Assembly (NCBI GenBank): GCA_041660485.1
Contig: JBAZWF010000001.1
Location: forward strand, 700,935-724,934
Length of the DNA stretch: 24,000 nucleotides
Source: Candidatus Pacearchaeota archaeon
Lineage (GTDB): Archaea; Nanobdellota; Nanobdellia; Pacearchaeales; GW2011-AR1
Direction of reading: 5' to 3'
Both the position numbers and the translations under genes were made by a program. Positions 1 through 8,135 of this stretch are shown in pieces. Position 1 is the stretch's first letter, and each line of letters opens with the position of its first letter. The notes beneath the pieces were generated by a model that searched no databases, had not been told where the DNA came from, and was given only the letters and a program-made list of their open reading frames with translations.

Positions 1-43
1 ATTAGTTAAGAATAAGTGATTTAAATATGTTATTGATTAAAAA

Positions 44-319
44 TTAAATATGTAGAATCTGAAATTCTGTGAAGTCCTGAAACTCAATTTCTTTTAATTC
101 AGTTGAACTTATAACTGCGTGTTTTGGTGCTTGCCTGCAAAGTTCATGCATTTTATCCACATGATCAATGTCTCCTTCAACAACCAGTTCAACATCTCCA
201 CCTTCAAGATTTCTTACAAATCCCTTTAATCCAAGTGAATCTGCCTTTTCTTTAATATAGTTTCTGAAGAACACTCCTTGGACATTGCCATGGATTGTAA
301 TTTTAGCTGCTTTTTTCAT
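44..319 (-). CDS. acyP: acylphosphatase
   Basis: 91-aa ORF with the N-terminal IHGNVQGVFFR motif and GFVRN...VELVVEG pattern characteristic of the acylphosphatase fold. Confidence 0.85.
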   Translation of the reverse strand: MKKAAKITIHGNVQGVFFRNYIKEKADSLGLKGFVRNLEGGDVELVVEGDIDHVDKMHELCRQAPKHAVISSTELKEIEFQDFTEFQILHI

Positions 320-408
320 TTTCCCCTATTATATAGATACTTTTTCTCTATTTATTAAGCTATTGATTGCTAAAATACCTGCTTAGAATCCTATAAAAAC
401 CTTTCTAA

Positions 409-1170
409 TTACCCAGCAATACCTGCTGAAAAGCTAAGTGCCATTATTAAAAGTATAAATACAAAAAATGCAATAATCCAAGGAGTAATAACTGCTAAAA
501 TTGCTCTTGTTCTACTCAATTTCTGGAATTTTTTAAGTCCCTTAACTATGAATACTGCCATATGTATTATCATAATAAAAAATAAGCATACACTTGATAC
601 TAACATTGTTACTGCTCCAGGTTGTGCAAAAAAGTCTGAATATGCTTGACTAATTGCTGCTTGGTCCTGAGAATTACTTATTGAATTAAGCATCTCAACA
701 CTAAACGGACTTGTAAATTGAATAATTACAACAATAATTAACATAATAAATTGATAAATCATTGAAATCATAAGCGCATAAGTAACTGGCTTAAATGTAT
801 TAAAGAATTTTTCTTTACCCTTAAATACAATTACTGCTAAATGTATTATTCCTGAGATTACAAATGGAAAAGCTATTGCAAATACTACTGTATTAAATAA
901 TGCATATAAAGAATTAACAGCACTAAATCCATTGAATATTGTTGAATAAATTTGTGAAAATATATAATAAACCAGAGAAATAATAATATAACTTCTTAAT
1001 ATTGATTCATACTTGCTTTCTTTTTCAACTGAATTTAAAAATTCACTTGGTTTAAAAAATAATTTTTTTAAATTAGGAAACTTAGTAATTTTTTCAGATT
1101 TTACTTCAACACTTTCTTTTTTATTTTCAACTTCTTCTTTTTGAGTTTTTTTCTTCGCTCTTTTAGCCAT
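409..1170 (-). CDS. multi-pass integral membrane protein, Yip1-like, function unknown
   Basis: Lys-rich N-terminus followed by about five hydrophobic helices, with an LFFKPSEFL segment resembling Yip1-family N-termini. I prefer the start at MAKRAKKK (ATG at 1168-1170) because the track start at 1239 leaves only 18 bp before divergent radB. Confidence 0.55.
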   Translation of the reverse strand: MAKRAKKKTQKEEVENKKESVEVKSEKITKFPNLKKLFFKPSEFLNSVEKESKYESILRSYIIISLVYYIFSQIYSTIFNGFSAVNSLYALFNTVVFAIAFPFVISGIIHLAVIVFKGKEKFFNTFKPVTYALMISMIYQFIMLIIVVIIQFTSPFSVEMLNSISNSQDQAAISQAYSDFFAQPGAVTMLVSSVCLFFIMIIHMAVFIVKGLKKFQKLSRTRAILAVITPWIIAFFVFILLIMALSFSAGIAG

Positions 1171-1257
1171 TATATATATTCTATTATTTTCTTTATAAAT
1201 CTTTGCGAGTTTATTCACAACATAAATCCTTATTAACAATTTATTACTCTTCTTTTT

Positions 1258-1986
1258 ATGGTAAAAATCTCAGCAGGCAGTTATGATTTGAATAAATGGC
1301 TTTATGGTGGTTATGAAACCGATATAATTACTACAATTTATGGGCCAGCAGGCTCTGGAAAAACAAATTTTTCTATTTTAGCAGCAGTATCTCAGGCAAA
1401 AAAATCAAAAAAGGTTATTTTTATAGATACAGAAGGAGGATTTTCAATTGAAAGATTTAAACAAATTGCTTCACAAGATTATGAAATTGCTATAAAAAAT
1501 ATTCTTATATTAAAACCAACTAATTTTCAAGAGCAGAAAAATTCTTTTAAAGTTTTATTAAAAGAAATACATGATAATTCAAATATTGGGTTAATTATTA
1601 TTGATAGTATGGCAATGCTTTATCGTCTTGAAATGGGAGATGCAAGCAAAAGTGGAGATGAATTTAAAGCGCAAACAATAAATCGTGAACTTGCAGAACA
1701 GCTTAGGACTTTGGCAGAAATTGCAAGAAAGCAAAATATTCCTATTATTGTTACAAACCAAATTTATTATGACTTTCTTTCAGAAGAAGATTTTAAAGAA
1801 GGCAAGGAAAAAACAGCAAGAATGGTTGGTGGAGATTTATTAAAATATTGGAGTAAGTGTTTAATTGAATTAAAACAAAGTAATGGAAAGCGAACTGCAT
1901 TTCTTCAGAAACATAGAAGTTTGCCGGAAAAAGAATTTCCCTTTATAATTGTTAACGATGGAATAAGAAAGAGGGGATTTTTTTAG
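1258..1986 (+). CDS. radB: RadB, archaeal RecA/RadA paralog
   Basis: 242 aa with Walker A GPAGSGKTN and Walker B LIIIDS. It has the short RadB size and lacks the N-terminal HhH domain of RadA. Confidence 0.85.
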   Translation: MVKISAGSYDLNKWLYGGYETDIITTIYGPAGSGKTNFSILAAVSQAKKSKKVIFIDTEGGFSIERFKQIASQDYEIAIKNILILKPTNFQEQKNSFKVLLKEIHDNSNIGLIIIDSMAMLYRLEMGDASKSGDEFKAQTINRELAEQLRTLAEIARKQNIPIIVTNQIYYDFLSEEDFKEGKEKTARMVGGDLLKYWSKCLIELKQSNGKRTAFLQKHRSLPEKEFPFIIVNDGIRKRGFF

Positions 1987-2035
1987 TGTGATGTTTTATA
2001 ATAAGGTTTATTAATACTATTTATCTAATTATTAA

Positions 2036-4015
2036 ATGAAAAGAAAGGGTGTGAATAAGAAGAAGAATTTTGATATCTCTAAAATCATAATATTCTTTTG
2101 TATTTTATTATTAATACTTTTACTAGTTTTTTTCTTAGTTCCTAAATCAATTGTTCCAAAACTTAGTCCGTTAGACTCTGCAGGACTGCCTTCAGATTTT
2201 ACTCCTTTTGTTGGTTATTATAATCTTCTTGGAGGAGTATATGTCTCTTTATGGAATTCTGCAGGAGATGTATATGTTAAACCAAATGAAGGTTCATGGG
2301 AAGTTGTTAGTAGGACAGAGTTAGCAACTTTAGGATTACCAACTAATTTTGTTCCAACTATGGGCTATTATCATTATTTTTACCCTAATGCTACATCTAC
2401 AGATGAGCAGGTTTCTTTATGGAATTCAAATACAGGTTATACATTTTCATTAAAAGAAAATAAATGGACTTTAATTGATAGAGATGTAGAAGCAATTAAA
2501 GGATTACCAAAAGCATTTATGCCTGTTGCAGGAGTTTATCATTATAATCTTGAAGATTCTAAGGGCTATGCAGGAGGAAAACTTGTTTTATGGGATGCAG
2601 CAGCAAATATGTTTATATTTAATCAAACTGCTTGGCTTAATTTAGGAAAGCAATTAGGTCCTATTCCTCCAAAAATTGCAATTAATTATGATGATACTTC
2701 CACCTCTTCAAAAGGATTATATTTCTTATTTAATGTAAACAATAATTTAAGAGTTTTTAATTCATCTAAATCAGTAGGTTTCTCAGAAAGTACATCTTAT
2801 ATAACTGGCCTGCCTAGCGGAATTCCAACAACCGGTTATTATGATCATGCAAACAAAAGTATTGTTTTATGGTATGGACAAAAAGCTTATGCTTCTCCTG
2901 CAAATGATAGATTAAATTATAAATTATTTATTGATTTAGCAGGTACAACTCCTTGTACTCCTGGAGCTTTAGTATGTGGAGAATGGGGTTCATGTATTGA
3001 AGGAGCAAAAACTCGAAGCTGTTTTGATAATTGTGATACTATTACTGAATCTACCATGTGTTCTATTCAATGTACTCCTGCATCAACAAATATTTGTCAA
3101 GATAGAGTTTGTGGTTCAATTCAAAACGGAACTTGTGGAGAAGCTTTCTGCGGTTCAGGATGTTCAGGAATAGAGGTTTGTAGTTCTTCTGGACAATGTA
3201 TTCAACAATCTTGTTTTGATTCTAATGCAGATGAAATTCTTCCATTCTATACTTTTGGAAATATAACTTATACATTGAATGATGTATTAATTACAAAAAA
3301 CAATTCTTGCAAAGACGCAAATATTTTAATTGAATGGTCTTGTGATGGAAATATTGGACAAAATCAAACATGGTCTTGTTCACATGGTTGTTCAAATGGA
3401 AAATGTTCTGGAGAACCAACAATTACTTGTGATGATTCAGATGGGGGAAAAATATTTGGGGTTCTTGGTAAAGTTAATGTAACACTTGATTCTCAATCTC
3501 AAATTTTATCAGATATATGTGTTGATTCAACAACTCTTGGAGAATATTATTGTACTGCAAATTCAGAACCTGATTATTTTGTTCATAATTGTGCAATTGG
3601 AGAAACATGTTCAAATGGAATTTGTTCTTCAGGTGGAATTGTTATTAATACAACTGGAGAAGGATGTATAATTGATGGTTGTGATGGAGATTACTTTTTA
3701 GCATGTGAAAACGGACAATATCTTTCACCAGTTCATATTGAAGGACAATGTGGTTATACTTTGATAATAATTAATACAAATACTACTACAGATCCACTAG
3801 AACCTCAAGTTGAAGGAGGAAGCAATGTTTGGATATGGGTTATTGTGATATTAGTTATTGTAATATTAATTGTTGGAGGAATTGTAGCATTTGTAATATG
3901 GAAAAAACAACAAGATGAAGGTAGCAAGTCATCAGCTCCAAAGTCTCCTCCATCAGGTCCTGGAAGAACAATAACTCAAACTCCTCAAAGAATTTTTGAA
4001 AGACCTTCTGCTTGA
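2036..4015 (+). CDS. large membrane-anchored surface protein with repeat region and Cys-rich modules
   Basis: N-terminal signal anchor (IIIFFCILLLILLLVFFLV). About five ~50-aa repeats carry GLPxxFxPxxGYY and SLWNS/VLWD motifs. A Cys-rich region follows, with two related modules (CFDSNADE...CSHGCSNGKCSG and CDDSDGG...CAIGETCSNGICSS). There is a C-terminal TM helix plus a Pro/Ser-rich tail. Confidence 0.8.
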   Translation: MKRKGVNKKKNFDISKIIIFFCILLLILLLVFFLVPKSIVPKLSPLDSAGLPSDFTPFVGYYNLLGGVYVSLWNSAGDVYVKPNEGSWEVVSRTELATLGLPTNFVPTMGYYHYFYPNATSTDEQVSLWNSNTGYTFSLKENKWTLIDRDVEAIKGLPKAFMPVAGVYHYNLEDSKGYAGGKLVLWDAAANMFIFNQTAWLNLGKQLGPIPPKIAINYDDTSTSSKGLYFLFNVNNNLRVFNSSKSVGFSESTSYITGLPSGIPTTGYYDHANKSIVLWYGQKAYASPANDRLNYKLFIDLAGTTPCTPGALVCGEWGSCIEGAKTRSCFDNCDTITESTMCSIQCTPASTNICQDRVCGSIQNGTCGEAFCGSGCSGIEVCSSSGQCIQQSCFDSNADEILPFYTFGNITYTLNDVLITKNNSCKDANILIEWSCDGNIGQNQTWSCSHGCSNGKCSGEPTITCDDSDGGKIFGVLGKVNVTLDSQSQILSDICVDSTTLGEYYCTANSEPDYFVHNCAIGETCSNGICSSGGIVINTTGEGCIIDGCDGDYFLACENGQYLSPVHIEGQCGYTLIIINTNTTTDPLEPQVEGGSNVWIWVIVILVIVILIVGGIVAFVIWKKQQDEGSKSSAPKSPPSGPGRTITQTPQRIFERPSA

Positions 4016-4084
4016 TAAAATATTATATTCTCTAAAAATTAATATCAGAATAAAATAAAAGATTATTAAAATATGAAAAGAGAA

Positions 4085-4246
4085 AATGCTCGCTTCGCGA
4101 GTAAGAAGAACTTGAAATAAAGTACAACTTTAAGTTGTAGGACACGGGTTCTTCCCCCACGAGAAACTTGGATTTTGTTTCTCGGGGCCAGAGAATCAGT
4201 GATTCTCCTGGTTAGACCATCTCCTTTATTTGGAAATAGGTATCAC
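4085..4246. ncRNA. candidate structured RNA of unknown class (four contiguous hairpins)
   Basis: GC-enriched island in a 335-bp convergent intergenic region. Helices are ctcgc/gcgag (4089-4101), gaagaac/gttcttc (4105-4111 with 4148-4154) enclosing tacaac/gttgta (4123-4139), ccc-c-gagaaac/gtttctc-gggg (4156-4187), and cca-gagaatc/gattctc-tgg (4188-4211). Linkers are 0-1 nt. Strand is unresolved. A TTTAAAT box at 4269-4275 and a T-run after the 4089 hairpin on the minus strand weakly favour minus. Confidence 0.4.
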
Positions 4247-4350
4247 ATTATTTTACTAAATTATTATCATTTAAACAGGTAATACTTAGTAGTTCCAGCG
4301 TAAAGTTTGGCAAAGATATTATTATATTAAAAATATTAAAAGATTCTAAC

Positions 4351-4995
4351 TTATAATTCTGCTTTCCATTCTTTAAAAAATTGATTAAGAAATTTTTCAA
4401 CAAATTTGTATCTTCCTTTTGCAAGTTTTTTTGCAAATTCAGTATTAAATTTTTCAGGAGTAATTTTTAATATTTTTTTATAAAAACCATGTATTGTTGA
4501 GGCGGAATAATACCCTACATAATCTTTTCCAAAAGGAACATCTGGTTTGTATAAAGGACGGTTTATTTTTCCTCCAGTTGAAAACATTCTTGCAATAGTT
4601 ATTGCCCCTAAAGCATCAAGTCTATCTGCATCCTGAAGTATTTTTGCCTCTTTAGTTTCAGCAGCTAATCCTTTACTATGCCTATGAACTTTAATTGAAT
4701 AAACAACATTTTTAATTTTGTCTTCTGGAAAGTTCATTTCTTTTAATATTTTTTCAGCAACTTCTGCGCCATGTTCTGCATGACATTCTACTTCTTTATT
4801 ATCTTCTTTTAATCTTGCTATATCATGAAGAAGAGCTGCTGTTTTAATAACATCTAAATCAGCTTTTTCCTTTTTACCTATTTTTATTGCTAAATTATAA
4901 ACTCTTTCGGTATGGTCAAAAGCATGGCTACCGCCTTCTTCAAAATTTGATTGTATTTTTTCTCTTAATTCTTTAAAAAATTCTTCTTTTATCAT
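4351..4995 (-). CDS. HD-domain metal-dependent phosphohydrolase
   Basis: 214 aa with HAFDHTERV, LLHDIAR, HRH and DADRLDALGA, the His/Asp ladder of the HD superfamily. Confidence 0.85.
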   Translation of the reverse strand: MIKEEFFKELREKIQSNFEEGGSHAFDHTERVYNLAIKIGKKEKADLDVIKTAALLHDIARLKEDNKEVECHAEHGAEVAEKILKEMNFPEDKIKNVVYSIKVHRHSKGLAAETKEAKILQDADRLDALGAITIARMFSTGGKINRPLYKPDVPFGKDYVGYYSASTIHGFYKKILKITPEKFNTEFAKKLAKGRYKFVEKFLNQFFKEWKAEL

Positions 4996-5054
4996 TAATC
5001 TACTTGTAAATGTTACTTTATAAAACTTATAGAATTAGTTTGTCTAAAAATATT

Positions 5055-5501
5055 CTAAATATTATAATCTTTCTGTATTTCTTCTTGTTTGTTTTCATCA
5101 ATTGTGAAATCCAAGTCGTAAAGGTAATCTGCTGGACGATTATCAAATACCTGAATATAATCTTCAAATTGTGAATAAATTTTACTAAGATGAAAACATT
5201 TTGTTTGATCTGGAGTCATAACAAGTTTCATTTCCAAGCCTTTATCTTTAACTTCATTTAATGCTTTAATTGCAATAGCAACAATAGAAGTATCTAATAC
5301 AGATGTATCTGTTTCTAAAAAATCTACAACAATTCCTTTATATCCTTTTTTAACAGCTTTATTTATTAATCTTTCACAAGTTGAATCAAGTTCGTTTGAA
5401 TTAAACAAATTAACTTCACCTTTAAGATAAATAAGTCCGTAATTTCCGTTAGGAACTTGAAGGACTTCTGATTCAATTTTTAATGGATTATCTTCACTCA
5501 T
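5055..5501 (-). CDS. STAS-domain (SpoIIAA-like) protein
   Basis: 148 aa. IYLKGEVNLFNSNELDSTCERLI, then GIVVDFLETDTSVLDTSIVAIAIKAL, then EMKLVMTPDQ follow the beta-alpha pattern of STAS/anti-sigma-antagonist domains. The assignment is by pattern only. Confidence 0.5.
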   Translation of the reverse strand: MSEDNPLKIESEVLQVPNGNYGLIYLKGEVNLFNSNELDSTCERLINKAVKKGYKGIVVDFLETDTSVLDTSIVAIAIKALNEVKDKGLEMKLVMTPDQTKCFHLSKIYSQFEDYIQVFDNRPADYLYDLDFTIDENKQEEIQKDYNI

Positions 5502-5579
5502 CTTATAAGCGCTTAATTAAACTTTAAAAAGGTTGTGATACTATCAAGATAGTTCAATTTTCAAAGGTAAATATGTAAA

Positions 5580-7895
5580 ATGGCAAAATTAAGTAAGAAA
5601 GCAGAAAAAATAAAAAATTATGATGTAAATCAAATAAAAGAAAATTTTGTTCCAGTTGATGAGAAAGATGTAGCACGAGCTGTTAATGTAGATATAAAAG
5701 AAAAGAAAATTGAAACAATTGAAAAACCTGGAATAATAAAAGCATCAAAACTAGTAAAAAAGAAAACAAAAGATTCATTTTTAAAAACTAAAAATAATTG
5801 GGCAGAAAATTATAAAATTCCAGGTTCAAAAAAATTAGCAACAAAAGGTCCAATATTAATAATCACAGAAAAACCTCAGGCTGCTGAAAAAATATCAGAT
5901 GCTCTTGCAGAAGGTAAAATTGTTAAAGGAAATATCGGAGGAGTTTCATATTATGCATTTGAAAGAGGAGAAAAAGATATTGAAGTTGCTTGCGCAGTAG
6001 GACATTTATTTACACTAGCTCAAGTTCAACCAAGAAACAAGTGGCCAACATTTGATATTAAATGGGCTCCAAATTATTTAGTAAGAAAAAATGATTTTAC
6101 AAAAAAATATTATGATGCAATTGCAAAGCTGTGCAAAAAAGCTTCTTCTATAATTGTTGCAACAGACTATGATATAGAGGGAGAAGTCATTGGTATGAAT
6201 ATTATAAAATATATCTGTAATCAGGAAGATGCAGAAAGAATGAAATTTTCCACATTAACCGCTGATGAAATACAAAATGCATATGAAACTCGCTCAAAAA
6301 CTTTAGATTGGAAACAGGGAATTGCAGGAGAAACAAGGCATTATCTTGATTGGATTTATGGAATTAATTTATCAAGAGCTTTAATGGATGCAATTAAACA
6401 AGCAGGCTCGTTTAGATTAATGTCAATAGGGCGTGTTCAGGGTCCTGCATTAAATATTATTGTTAAAAAAGAAAGAGAAATTGAAAAATTCAAGCCAGAA
6501 AAATATTGGGATGTCTCTATTAATGTTTCTGATGGAAAAAATACAATTGAAGTTAAATATAATAAAGATATAACCAAAGAAAAAGAGCTTGATAAGTTTA
6601 AGAATTTAAAAGGCAAAGAAGGAATTGCAAAGACTGAAAAGTCACAGCAAAAAATTATTCCCCCGGCACCATTTGATTTAACAACTTTGCAAACAGAGGC
6701 TTATAAATTTTTTAAAATAACTCCTTCAAAAACTTTAGAAATTGCCCAAAGATTATATCTTTCAGGAATTATTTCATATCCAAGAACTAGTAGCCAAAAA
6801 ATACCTAAAGAAATTGGTTATGATAAAATATTAAAAAGATTGGCAACAAAATTTGATTTTTTAAAACACGCTGTAAGAAAAACCCCTGTTGAAGGCAAAA
6901 AAACAGACCCTGCACATCCTTCAATATTTCCAACAGGAGAGTTTCATAAATTAGAAGGAGATGATTATAGAATTTATAATTTAATTGTAAGTAGATTTGT
7001 ATCTTGTTTTTGTGATGATGCACTTTTAGACAATAAAAAAATAAATGTTGAAGTTGAAGGTTTGAAATTCTTTACAAAAGGAATGGCTATTGCAAATTCG
7101 GGCTGGATGGCAGTTTATCAGTCAGGACTTAAAGAAAAAGAGCTTGTAGATATGGATGGAAAAGTTGTTGTAAAAGAAGTTAAAATTGAAGAAAAAATGA
7201 CTCAGCCTCCGCATAGATACACTCCTGCATCTATTCTATCCGAACTTGAAAAGAAAAATTTAGGAACAAAAGCAACAAGAGCTTCTATTCTTGAAACTCT
7301 TTATGATAGAGGATATATTAAAGATAAAAGCATTGAAGCAACAAGTTTAGGAATTTCTTTAATTAATACACTTGAACATAATTGCCCCATAATTATTGAT
7401 GAAAAATTAACAAGAGATATAGAAAGAGAAATGGATAGTCTAAGAGAATCAAAATCTCCACTTGAAAAAGAGAAAAAAATATTAAAAGAAACAGAAGGAA
7501 TAATACATAAAATTGGTGAGCATTTTGAAAAAAATAAAGTAAAAATTGGAAAAGAACTAATTGAGGCAACAACTGAACTTTGGGCTGCGCAAAAAAAAGA
7601 TAATGAAATTGGAGAGTGCCCGGTTTGTCATAAAGGAAAACTTTCAATAAAATTCGGTAAAAAATTTAACAGATATTTTGTTGCCTGTGATGCTTATCCT
7701 GATTGCAAAACAACTTTTTCACTTCCTCCAAACGGATTGATTAAAAAAGCAGATAAGATTTGTGAGCAATGTGGTTTTCCAATGCTAATGTCAATTAGAA
7801 AAGCTAAGCGTCCTTGGATTTTCTGCTTTAATCCACAATGCCCAAGCAGAAAAGAAAGAGAAGAGAAAAAAGAAGAGAGTTCTGAAGAGGAATAA
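5580..7895 (+). CDS. topA: DNA topoisomerase, type IA
   Basis: Toprim motifs ILIITEKPQAAEKI and DYDIEGE, catalytic Tyr context ISYPRTSSQ, and two C-terminal Zn ribbons (CPVCH...CDAYPDC and CEQCG...CFNPQC). A ~90-aa Lys-rich N-terminal extension precedes Toprim. Confidence 0.9.
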   Translation: MAKLSKKAEKIKNYDVNQIKENFVPVDEKDVARAVNVDIKEKKIETIEKPGIIKASKLVKKKTKDSFLKTKNNWAENYKIPGSKKLATKGPILIITEKPQAAEKISDALAEGKIVKGNIGGVSYYAFERGEKDIEVACAVGHLFTLAQVQPRNKWPTFDIKWAPNYLVRKNDFTKKYYDAIAKLCKKASSIIVATDYDIEGEVIGMNIIKYICNQEDAERMKFSTLTADEIQNAYETRSKTLDWKQGIAGETRHYLDWIYGINLSRALMDAIKQAGSFRLMSIGRVQGPALNIIVKKEREIEKFKPEKYWDVSINVSDGKNTIEVKYNKDITKEKELDKFKNLKGKEGIAKTEKSQQKIIPPAPFDLTTLQTEAYKFFKITPSKTLEIAQRLYLSGIISYPRTSSQKIPKEIGYDKILKRLATKFDFLKHAVRKTPVEGKKTDPAHPSIFPTGEFHKLEGDDYRIYNLIVSRFVSCFCDDALLDNKKINVEVEGLKFFTKGMAIANSGWMAVYQSGLKEKELVDMDGKVVVKEVKIEEKMTQPPHRYTPASILSELEKKNLGTKATRASILETLYDRGYIKDKSIEATSLGISLINTLEHNCPIIIDEKLTRDIEREMDSLRESKSPLEKEKKILKETEGIIHKIGEHFEKNKVKIGKELIEATTELWAAQKKDNEIGECPVCHKGKLSIKFGKKFNRYFVACDAYPDCKTTFSLPPNGLIKKADKICEQCGFPMLMSIRKAKRPWIFCFNPQCPSRKEREEKKEESSEEE

Positions 7896-7998
7896 TTAAA
7901 CAATATGTCTAACCAATTTTTAAACATAAATTAATAAATTATTACTGATTTTAATCATGTAAAAAAGTTTAGACATTAATTTATTTATATTATATGAT

Positions 7999-8017
7999 TA
8001 TTTCGCTTCGCGAAATA
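7999..8017 (+). terminator. hairpin tatttcgc-ttc-gcgaaata followed by a T-run
   Basis: Perfect 8-bp stem with a 3-nt loop, followed by gtatccttttt, in the convergent topA/cdc48 intergenic region. It shares the 11-mer TCGCTTCGCGA with the hairpin at 4089-4101. Confidence 0.35.
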
Positions 8018-8135
8018 GTATCCTTTTTGAAATAAACTTTCGGCAAAACCTTTTATTTTAATATATTAAAATTGATTATTAAATTATATCAATTAAATAA
8101 TAATTTAAAACTCATCAATTTCTAAAAATATACTT

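Noticed and set aside
2976-3671. Internal out-of-frame ORFs 2976-3173 and 3486-3671
   Set aside because: They are nested in the 659-aa surface-protein gene in another frame, and their low-complexity Leu/Ile/Gln translations are typical of off-frame AT-rich sequence.
4085-4246. Tried to read the GC-rich hairpin island as a tRNA, 5S rRNA, SRP RNA, or C/D or H/ACA sRNA
   Set aside because: There is no GTTCRANYC T-loop or acceptor pairing. The hairpin loops that could be anticodon loops have C at position 33. There is no 5S loop-C/E consensus and no SRP helix-8 GGAA/AGCAGC motif. The best C-box-like string (UGUGAUA) lacks the G-A needed to pair with a D box, and no ACA box follows any hairpin. 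It is kept only as an unclassified candidate.
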